Source: Cyanidioschyzon merolae
Lineage: Eukaryota
Assembly: GCA_000091205.1 (NCBI GenBank)
Contig: AP006494.2
Length of the DNA: 64,000 nucleotides
Strand: one strand, 5' to 3'
In this document: in pieces, positions 55,171-64,000 of the stretch
How positions within the stretch are numbered: the first letter of the stretch is position 1
How the letters are laid out: each line of letters opens with the position of its first letter
The notes under the pieces: model-generated
Databases searched by the model: none
The model's input: only the letters and a program-made list of their open reading frames with translations
Told to the model about the DNA's origin: nothing
Made by a program: the position numbers and the translations under genes

Positions 55171-56547
55171 ATGAATGATGCGGAAGGACGCGTATATGGT
55201 GCCGATGCAACGCGGTTACCGTTCGTCAAGTCGCGGAGGACGTGCGACGTACTCGGCGGCTGCAGCCAAACGAGGCTACCAGTTACTTTCTCCTTTCCAT
55301 CAACAGGATGTCTACATTCGGGTACGTACTCTGGGGGAAAGACGATTACGCGCTCAAAATGTGGTATAAAGTTTCTAGAGTGCCCTAGTGAACTCCATTT
55401 GGGAGCCTACCACGTGGGGATGTTTGTTCGCGGGCAACGCTCTTGGAAAGTGCACGCTCCGCAACAGCAACGGGAGCAGAGCGTTATAGCTGCTTTCGTG
55501 CAGGGTGCCAGAACGTCGGCTGAGCATGCTTCCTCTGCAGAAAGCACATGTTTGCGTGTCCGACAAGGAAGACGGCTCGCGCACAGCGTCGAGAGGAGCA
55601 GCGATAGCGTCGACAGCAGGCTAGTCGTAGACCAGTCGCCGCTGTGGCGTGCAAGTGAGCTCCAGAGCGGCTCTAAGCCGCCGCCGCGACGGCCCGGCAG
55701 CTGCTGGACCTGCCTGGCTGAGCCTCCACCAGAGCCGGACTTCGGAGGTTGGGGGCATTTATCGCGCAGTCTAGCCCAAGTGCGCGTTTATGTCAGCGGA
55801 CTAGAGTCACTACGCGCTCTCGTGAGCAGAGCCGACCCATCAGGTCTCCCGCTGAGAGCACGACGCAATGCTCTGAGGCGCTCTCAATACCCTGGTCGAC
55901 CGTATCGTCTGCACGAACATCCGAAGGTTACCGACTGGCTCGCTGCAATCACGATTCTGTCCTTTCTTCTGCAGCTGTGGGCCGGTCCCGCATATGTCAT
56001 GGCTGGCGCCAAAGTGAATGCTGCGATTCGCACCGGAGAATGGTATCGCCTCTTTACACCACTCTTTCTGCACGGAAACACCTTGCACCTCATCGTGAAC
56101 CTGTCTTCACTCAAAAGTCTCGGACCGCAAATCGAGGCAACTTATGGGCACAGACGTTATGCAGCGCTGTACTTGCTCAGCGGGCTCACAGGCAACTTGT
56201 TCTCGTTTTTCTTCAACACAGCACCATCTGTTGGCGCAAGCAGTGCCATATTCGGCTTAATAGGTGCGATGGCAGCCTTCTATGTATCGAATACGGACTG
56301 GTTTGGACGAGAGCACAGCCATCGCGTCCTGCGCAACATTGCGTGGGTGACATTGTTGAACCTTGGACAGGGCCTTGCTCCAGCGAGTCGTATCGACAAT
56401 TTTGGTCACCTGGGGGGCCTTCTCGGCGGAGCAGTCTTTGGCGTGCTCTTTGGACCTCGACTCTATCTGGATCCGAAGGGACGGCTTGTCGATATTCCCC
56501 TCGCGCAAGGATGGTTGCAGCGATTGCGCCGCAGGCGTTATCGATAA
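55171..56547 (+). CDS. Rhomboid-family intramembrane serine protease. The catalytic core is in the C-terminal ~210 aa; the N-terminal extension and the start are uncertain.
   Basis: WYRLFTPLFLHGNTLHLIVNLSSL, GxSx motif GASSAIFGLIGAM, and catalytic-His region FGHLGGLLGG. The listed start 55114 is TTG; the first ATG is 55171. Confidence 0.7.
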   Translation: MNDAEGRVYGADATRLPFVKSRRTCDVLGGCSQTRLPVTFSFPSTGCLHSGTYSGGKTITRSKCGIKFLECPSELHLGAYHVGMFVRGQRSWKVHAPQQQREQSVIAAFVQGARTSAEHASSAESTCLRVRQGRRLAHSVERSSDSVDSRLVVDQSPLWRASELQSGSKPPPRRPGSCWTCLAEPPPEPDFGGWGHLSRSLAQVRVYVSGLESLRALVSRADPSGLPLRARRNALRRSQYPGRPYRLHEHPKVTDWLAAITILSFLLQLWAGPAYVMAGAKVNAAIRTGEWYRLFTPLFLHGNTLHLIVNLSSLKSLGPQIEATYGHRRYAALYLLSGLTGNLFSFFFNTAPSVGASSAIFGLIGAMAAFYVSNTDWFGREHSHRVLRNIAWVTLLNLGQGLAPASRIDNFGHLGGLLGGAVFGVLFGPRLYLDPKGRLVDIPLAQGWLQRLRRRRYR

Positions 56548-58864
56548 AGAGCTTAAAAGGGCCACCGCCAAGAATTCTGCTGAGAGCTGTGTCCATCACA
56601 GTATACGAGAGCGCGACAGCGGATTCCGGTTTGATGTATCGCCAATTAGGTCCATTGAGACTGAATTTCTGGTAGTCAGATGCTGGTGCCAGTGGTGTCA
56701 GAAGGAGCAAACACACGCTGCAGCGTCGCAGATGATCTCTCTGTGTACGATGCTGGGGCCGTGCGGTAGCGCACCTCGGCGAAGAGGCGGTCTTCATTGC
56801 CAGGAGAAGTTGGCAAGCCTGGACCAAAACATGCCGCTAGATTCCAGAGCTCTTTGCTGATGAGCAAGGATCTCTGCATGGTGGGCAAGGATTCTGAGCT
56901 CCAGCGCGCTTGTGCACCACGGAATGGGGTAGGCTGCCATCCATGCGGACGCACGAGGCCGTGCACATTACTCAATGGTATCGTGTGGAGTGCATAGGTC
57001 GATCGTCGTTCTGTAGAATCGTAGATACCGGCTTATCGCTGATTGGCATGGAGGAAATGCGTACGCTACCTGGTATGTGAAGCCCGAACGAAGGCTAGGG
57101 CGACGCCGTGTACATAGGGAACCAGGCAACTGGATTAAACCGCACCTCATTACCGGTACTACGTAGTTCGCGCGCTCGAGGTTCACCCGCTCTTCCCGTT
57201 CGGAAGTCGCGATCCGGGCTCTCTTAAACGAGAGCTTCTTTATGGAATGTTCGTGTTACCCTAGAAACGTACAGAAAACACTGAAACGCTATCGCCGGCA
57301 TTCCAGATTTTGACTTTTCACAGGATACGCTCTGTAAGCGAAAGCAGGAAGCATCTCCGAGCCAGAAAAGTTTTGCATGAAAATGGATTATCGAACGGGT
57401 TGCTATGTGCGTACTTTGCTATTTTCCGATCTTTCTTGGATGCGTAGCCTTGGCACTCGAAGTGCTGCAACAAGTACTTTAGCGGCCAGCCGTGCATTTA
57501 GGATTCTTGCTCGTCGATTCGGAGTTGCTCCATTAGCTCGATACTGCTCGAATTCGTTCCCTCACAAAATCCAGATGATTTGCGACACCTTCGAAATATG
57601 GCTCGGAAAATCACCGGTATCATTCTTTTATTCAGAAGTGCATTCCTCCATGCCTCTCCTTTTCGCATCTGCAACATACTGCTGTTATACGTCCTTCAAT
57701 TTTTCAATCTTTCTCTTCAAAGGAGATTTCTGGGCGCAGCAATACGCGCCGGTGGATGGACGACGAATAGTGCCTCATGATGGACCTTGCCGATTTCCCT
57801 ACGAGCTCACACTGAAGATCATTGAAACTGTCATGTCAAAAAAAGATTTCGGTTGAAAGACCAATCCTGCTCTTTTTAATGATATCGATTAAAACGGCAC
57901 TCATCAGTGGCTGCAAGTTGCCTCTCGCAGAGTTCTCCCCGAGAGACTCCAGTATCTTCAGGCTGTATGGGAAAGAGTCGTCGGTCCTGCGGTGAGTTAA
58001 TGTAGCTATCGCATACAATGGAGCGATCACCACTTTGGCACACCAAGGGAGCGTACAAAATCGAAACATATCGACTTGTTCACAAGCACGTGTTCTCCTT
58101 CCGGTACTTGTTTCATCGCGGCCAATATCGCGTCCCATGAATTCTCTGTGTAATGGGACCGCGAGCTTTTTTTGTGCATCGGACAGCGTACAAGCGAATG
58201 GGATCATTCAAAAGAAGACCACGATCGTAGGATGCAGCACCGGCCGCGGAAACAAAATTCCTTTTGGAGCACCGATTTCTGTACCTGTCAATAGTATGTA
58301 CTGAGCGATAAAGTGAGCATTCACGCGCGAAAGGGCGTCGCTTGGAAGAGCAGTAGGAGAAGGAAGTTTTGGAAGATGTATAAAAAACCTGACTACAGTC
58401 AAGAGCTACCGCTACGAACGGCACATAGAGGCTGTACACAACAAGAATAAAAGTTGTATTCAGTGCCTTGATTTAAACCTCGGTATGTGTGTGAAATAGC
58501 GGGGAAAAAGCCGGGTGCCGCCAAATCGAGACTTGAGCATTGCCATCAACATCCACTGACCGCTTCCAACAGAGTCACAGTGATGCGCGTGGCCGGCATA
58601 CGTAAAGCCAGGAATAAGAGCGAGGAAAGAGAACAAGCCAAATAACACACCCGCAATGGCTGGCTTCGATGACAAGTGCGAAGGCAGTCAAAAATGAGCG
58701 TGTGAGCTCTAGTTGAAAAATTTGCTCCAATTTATGTTGGCATGAGTATAGTTAGCATCCCATACGGTCCAGTCATTCAGTGCGAACGTACGTTTGCATC
58801 CCAGAGACCGTTTTCACGATAGCGTGCCCAGAGAACATCGAGTCCCATGTATGCATCCACCGCG

Positions 58865-60508
58865 CTAGGCTACAGCGAAGCCTTCGTACCCACCAGCTGC
58901 AACTTCTGCACATTTCTGGCGATACTTTCCGACACCACCTGTGTAGGAGAGCATTCGACGAGGCTTGCCTTCAACGTTGGTGCCGGTGTACCACGAGTTC
59001 GTCTTCGAGAAGAGCGTGCTGTTTGCCAGGTCATCGTGGTGCCGCACCCAGGCCTCCTGGAATGAGGCTGTCGGCTCAATAACGTTATGCCCCTTCGCCT
59101 GTATATACTGGATACAGTCAGTGATCCACTCGACCTGCTGCTGTAAACACGTTGTCATGTTGCACAAAGCTGCCGAAGGCGAGAGCGGCGCTCCTGTTAG
59201 GAACATGTTCGGATAGCCGTGCACCATCAAACCAAGCGCACTGCAGATATCCCGACTCCATTCCTCCTTGAGGCTGCGGCCGTCTCGTCCGCGAATATCG
59301 ATGCGTATAAAGGCTCCGGAGCTCGCATCGAAACCAGTTGCGAGAATGATGATATCGAGTTCATGTACGGTTCCATCAGCGAGGCGGATCCCTTCAGGAA
59401 CAACCTCCACAATCGGATTGTTTCGCACACAGATCGCTTCGACGTTGTCGCGGTGATAGACCTCGAGGTAACCAGATTCCAGAGGGACTCGGCGCGACCC
59501 GAACCCGTAATCTGTTGGCACCAAAATCTCGATAAGTTTTGGGTCCTTAAGTCTTGCACGCATCTTTTCGCGTACAAACTCCGACACCTCTTCACTGATC
59601 TGCGGGTCCGTGAAAATCTCGTCGAAACCACCGAGCCACGCACGTAGTGAACCGTCGTTGTAGGTCTCCTCGAGCACCGCAAGTCGCTGCTCGGGTGTCA
59701 GATCCGCCCAGCGATGCTTGATCACGTATTCGAATCCACTGGCTGTCGTTGGCAAGAGTTCGCGCAGCTCCTCGAAGCGTTTCTTGTACGAATTGACGTC
59801 ATCAGGATTGTACTTGGGATTCTTCATCGGCACAACGTACTGCGGCGTTCTCACAAAAACCTTCAGCTGACCGACCTTGTCTGCAATAGTCTGGATAACT
59901 TGGATTCCAGTCGCACCGACACCGACAACGCCAACGCGTTTGCCATTGAGGTCAATTGGCTCACGGGGCCAACGAGCGGTGTGGAAGATGCGTCCACGGA
60001 ATCGTTCCTGACCAGGGAATCGGTTCTCTAACGGGGCCGATAGCATACCACAACAGCCAATTAAGAACCGTGCATCGTAGGTTTGTCCTCGATCCGTCTT
60101 GATGATCCATCGCCCACGCTTTTCATCGTATTCGGCCGCAGTGACTGTCGTGCAGAAGCGCAAGTAGGGTCGCAGCCCTAGGCGGTCGGTAACGTAGTGC
60201 AGCCAACGCTCAATTTCGGGCTGGCCCGGGAAACGCTCACTCCAGGACCAGTCTTTGTACAATTTCTCATCAAACAAGTATTGATATACATAGCATTCAG
60301 AATCAAACTTGGCGCCGGGGTAGCAGTTCCAGTACCAGGTACCCCCAACGTCTTCCGCAGTGTCCACAGCAAGCGCATTCAATCCAGCCGACCGAAGCTT
60401 GTGTAGCTGGTACAGGCCTGCGACACCAGCGCCAATAATCAGTGCGTCGAGTTCAACAACGCTTTTGTTTTGAACGTGGTTGGTGAATTGGTTGAGCTCC
60501 GCTCCCAT
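58865..60508 (-). CDS. Type I Baeyer-Villiger monooxygenase (FAD/NADPH-dependent, cyclohexanone/phenylacetone monooxygenase-like)
   Basis: N-terminal Rossmann motif IIGAGVAGL, BVMO fingerprint FRGRIFHTARWP (FxGxxxHxxxWP), and a second dinucleotide motif GKRVGVVGVGATG. ATG confirmed at 60506-60508. Confidence 0.85.
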   Translation of the reverse strand: MGAELNQFTNHVQNKSVVELDALIIGAGVAGLYQLHKLRSAGLNALAVDTAEDVGGTWYWNCYPGAKFDSECYVYQYLFDEKLYKDWSWSERFPGQPEIERWLHYVTDRLGLRPYLRFCTTVTAAEYDEKRGRWIIKTDRGQTYDARFLIGCCGMLSAPLENRFPGQERFRGRIFHTARWPREPIDLNGKRVGVVGVGATGIQVIQTIADKVGQLKVFVRTPQYVVPMKNPKYNPDDVNSYKKRFEELRELLPTTASGFEYVIKHRWADLTPEQRLAVLEETYNDGSLRAWLGGFDEIFTDPQISEEVSEFVREKMRARLKDPKLIEILVPTDYGFGSRRVPLESGYLEVYHRDNVEAICVRNNPIVEVVPEGIRLADGTVHELDIIILATGFDASSGAFIRIDIRGRDGRSLKEEWSRDICSALGLMVHGYPNMFLTGAPLSPSAALCNMTTCLQQQVEWITDCIQYIQAKGHNVIEPTASFQEAWVRHHDDLANSTLFSKTNSWYTGTNVEGKPRRMLSYTGGVGKYRQKCAEVAAGGYEGFAVA

Positions 60509-60680
60509 AACCGGTCAAAATCAACACGCTTGTCCTTGAATTCACGAGCAAGTTGCAAACTTGAATTCACAATAACAGCTGCACGCAACTTTAAAGACAA
60601 AACAGAAACGCTAAGCACCAAGGAGATTATCCTGAACGCTCCAAAAAATATCGTGAGCTCGAGTCCCACGGTGCGATTTT

Positions 60681-63100
60681 CCGAACACCTTAAAAGTTAA
60701 ACGAGGCTGCAGTCGGCAGTACAGAAGTGGCTAAAGCCACCGAAACAAATTGTTCGCTGGCGAGGTGCAGACACCTCCCGGTCTTTTTTGGCCAGCGACC
60801 CACTCTAGCTTCCAATTTCGTTCCATATATGCTAGCCTTGACTCATTATGGGAAAAAAATCCTTCTTGTCCACTCTGCATTTCTGTTCTCCAGCACCGCA
60901 CATCTCCTTATATTGATAGCGGCGTAAAATCTCTGTTCACAAACTCCATCCGTTTCTTGTCATCATTCATTGAACAAACTAATGCAAGTAGGCCTCGGAC
61001 TTTCGCCCTCTTTTCCATTTGCTCTTCCGTCAGCGGTCCATACTTTGCTATATCTTCCGGAATCCGCAGGCAGTGTCCTATCTCGACCCGCAGGAGTCGA
61101 GATGGAAAACTCGTGGGGTGTATGGACCTTCGAGACACACGTAAAGGTATCGTCACGAAACGCCGTGCACACTCATTGTACGTTCTTGTCGTTGGGGCTG
61201 GCGTAGTCCCTTTTTTTTTCGGAACCCATCTCCATGCTCCGTATGCTACTACGGGCCTCTGACAGTCGTTCTTCTTCTAGGTGCTGAACTCTTCGAGAAA
61301 ATTCGTGAACGCCCACTGCCTACCACAGTACAGCCTCACACGCAAACGAGCCCACCGGGGATTTGGATACATTTCCACAGTTCCACCTAATGAGCAACGC
61401 GAACATACCATAAATTTCCGAATAGCTTCAAACCCGGCTCTGCGGCTCGTCACCTCGATCGTAGCTTTCCGATGCTATTTCATCCTGCACTCCATGTCTC
61501 GAATTCATCATCGTATTCAAGATTCCCGCTTCTCCGTAGTATCTCGCTTTCGAGAACGTAAAAAGATGCATGCCTTTCTGACGTAAGTTGCCGTCAGTGT
61601 CAACATCCCCATGCTTGGGTACTACGATGGTTATGATATTCGTGTTCCAGGCATTAAGGCCGACGAAAAAGTCGTTTTCGTGGATATTATAAGTCCCATG
61701 GCCCGCCTTCTCCTTCTCGTGCTTCGACAAGGGGATACCGAAAACGGGATAGGACGACCTGCCTGCAAACGCGGATGGTGTACACATATGTCGCCATCAT
61801 TGTAACCGATTGTCCAAGTGAGAACCATGTTTTGGCCAGTTTGAGACGCTTAAAATCGAAGATATTCTTCCATTAGGTGTCCCGGTCGTCGTCGGTGACA
61901 TCTTTGTTGCTTACATCGAGCTCTGGCGAGATCTCTTTCATGAAGGCGTTAAGGACTCTGGAGTCGATACTCACAAAATATGACTTGAACTCGCATCACC
62001 AAACGGCAATAAAGCGCATCAAGAGAAGCAATTCAACGTCGTTTCTCCGACGGTCATTTTTTCCTCAGCTCCATTTCGGCCATGCCTTCGAGTTCTCTGC
62101 GCAAAATCATGAAGTAGTGCAGAATGGGGTGATAAAATCTCTCTTCGTTTTCTCTGACATCTGAGAATTTTTCACTTGGGTTGACGAGCCCCAAGCGTTA
62201 GCGATGCTTCTGAATAGTCGCGCGGAATACTGAAGCCTCATCATATCTGCAGCGTGATTTCGTCTTTTCTACAAATCTGATCTGCTGTTCATGCTGGCGA
62301 CATTTCTAGTCCGCATAGATGATTGCCGAAATCCCTTCAGGAAACAGGCCCGGGTACAGCGCAAAGACGGCCCGTATTACACAACATCCGAGGTATGCGT
62401 TCTTATGGTTCCTCGGATTCGGGAGGCACCTCATGGCCCTGTATTCGTAAATATTAGCGTCATCCCTGTGTCCAGCACCATTGGTGCGGTATTTGACGTA
62501 ATTATTGAGAAAGGCATGCATTCGGTCATTTCTCCTCGATGTTTCCCATCGCAAACAATCAGGTGGTAAATGAAAGTCGTTTTGAAAAATTCATCAAGGA
62601 AACATCATTTTTGCCATGTGCGTTACGCCGCGATGCAGCTCGTTCTCAAAAGGCGTCGGTCCTAAAGAAAAGTAGCAAACATACGTGGCGCACGAATCGA
62701 CACTGTTTCTGTTAGCGCCACGCAACATTCAGTCGTACGGACCATTGATATGTTGGAAAAGAGGGGATTCCGCCACCATCCCGTCGTACACACGCCATTC
62801 GTGCAGCCATCGACGAAAGGCCTCCCCGATTAGCTTGTACTTCTTTTCTTGATCGTCTTCGCTAGGCACTGTTTGTTGTTTTCTTCCAACAATTGGCAGC
62901 ACCGTTAATCCTCAACCCTTTATTTCCACATGAAAATGTCTACTTTTTTTTTGGGGAAACCACATTGAACGCCTCTGCGTTGAGCGGCGAACATCAGTTG
63001 AATACCCCTACTTGAGGTTTGAATCACGACAGAAGCCAAAACTATACATTGCGACGATTTGATTGCAAGTATAGCTGGCCCCGATAGAGCAATAGCTCCA
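60681..63100 (-). mobile_element. Copy 2 of the Fanzor/TnpB-like element, more degenerate than copy 1. The RuvC-I Asp is replaced (FVGLNAWNTNIITIV) and there is a 1-nt deletion in RuvC-III (MEFVNRDFTPLSI*).
   Basis: ORF fragments at 60908-61156, 61428-61787 and 62306-62554 are homologous to copy-1 segments. AMRCLPNPRNHKNAYLG matches copy-1 AMKCLTNPKNHSTMN. The N-terminal region and the 3' non-coding region are also conserved with copy 1. It lies about 170 bp upstream of the BVMO ATG, in the same orientation. Confidence 0.55.
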
Positions 63101-64000
63101 GAAGAAGTCATTATGGCGTTTCCCTTCACCGCCAAGATGCACGTCGAGTTACGTGACAGCTAGCTTCTGCAATGCGTTACCGGTGCGCACGATACAAAAG
63201 AAAACAAAATAACAAAAAAATATCGGATAGCAAGTTTTTCCCCATCTACTGTGAACGTTAAAATGAGGAAGCTTTTGCGTATGGTCCGACATTTATATTT
63301 TAGGAGCGAGGCATGCAAGTAGCGAGAATCCTACGGCTTAATCTCCGTAGGACGCTGCAGTTGCGGATGATGTGACGCACATGAGCACCTCGTCGGAAAC
63401 GCATTTGATTCTGTGACTATGACAGCGTATTCCGCGTCTGGGCGTCACCTGGGCCGTGGTGGGCTCCTAGTATACCGCTCCCCGCTACCGCAGGCGGAAG
63501 GTCAGCCGTTCAGAATTTGACGATCCCAGAAATATAATAGCTCCGATTCCGTATCGCATAAACAAAGCGCCTTCCGACACGCTCAAATGTAGACAACACC
63601 AGGCCTAACTCACAGTGCATCCGCAACAGAGGTAGAGACACAACCGCGGGTGCACACGGCAGGAAGCGGAATACAGCAGGGATTAGAGAACAACGTGAAC
63701 AGCGGAAAATAAGCAAAAGCGATGAAACGAACCGAACTTGTCAAGCATGATGGACGCTTTCTTGAAAGACAATACAGATCAGGGAATCAAGAATACATTG
63801 TCAGCGACAAGTCCAGCCGAACAAAAAAAAGCAAGAAGGGATATGCCTAACGGCTCTGGTATGCTGCATGTCACTATGACAGGTGGGTATGGGCCCAGAT
63901 CGTTCCGCCGCAAAGGATTCCCTAATGACAATGAAAAGCGCGACGTCGCTATAAAAGATGCAAATCCACTGAGATCATCCCACGCAAAGGAGATGGGGGG

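Noticed and set aside
56213-56827. 204-aa minus-strand ORF
   Set aside because: It is antisense to the rhomboid catalytic core and has no motifs.

Overview
This 64-kb window is GC-rich, apparently intron-poor eukaryotic nuclear DNA. Most genes read as single uninterrupted ORFs and lie on both strands. It holds about 20 recognisable protein-coding genes. Housekeeping genes: ribosomal protein L7a/eL8, DNA topoisomerase II, the PP2A catalytic subunit, ornithine aminotransferase, thymidylate kinase, mitochondrial-type 3-oxoacyl-ACP synthase, a DEAD-box RNA helicase, a Ulp1/SENP SUMO protease and an SDF2-like MIR protein. Others: an E2F partner DP factor, an MGRN1/LOG2-like RING E3, a PHD-finger protein (5' partial), a rhomboid protease, an ELMO-domain protein, a large tandem CobW-type GTPase protein and a C-terminal J-domain protein. 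A tocopherol cyclase and a type I Baeyer-Villiger monooxygenase point to an algal or other photosynthetic-lineage host. The ORF track uses GTG/TTG/CTG as starts, so several real ATG starts lie downstream of the listed ORF starts; I moved them where I could check the codon. The most notable content is four co-oriented, minus-strand relics of TnpB/Fanzor-type (OrfB_IS605 superfamily) RuvC nuclease genes. Two are diverged, near full-length copies of one ~2.4-kb element (52.5-55.0 kb and 60.7-63.1 kb). They carry an N-terminal basic NLS-like tract, a RuvC-I VGxDxGxTN motif, a RuvC-III NRDFNAAINI motif, and a conserved non-coding 3' end abutting the helicase start. The other two are C-terminal fragments with a CxxC...CxxC zinc ribbon followed by RDxNAA (25.9 kb and 49.2-49.8 kb). 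All four are disrupted by stops or frameshifts. The window also has many tandem repeats: two unrelated arrays that share a 127-bp period, a 101-bp x3 array upstream of TOP2, a 52-bp x4 array plus (CAT)n/(CAG)n upstream of PP2Ac, a (GCTAGGTC)n minisatellite, and several microsatellites. I could not reliably call any rRNA, tRNA or CRISPR features.
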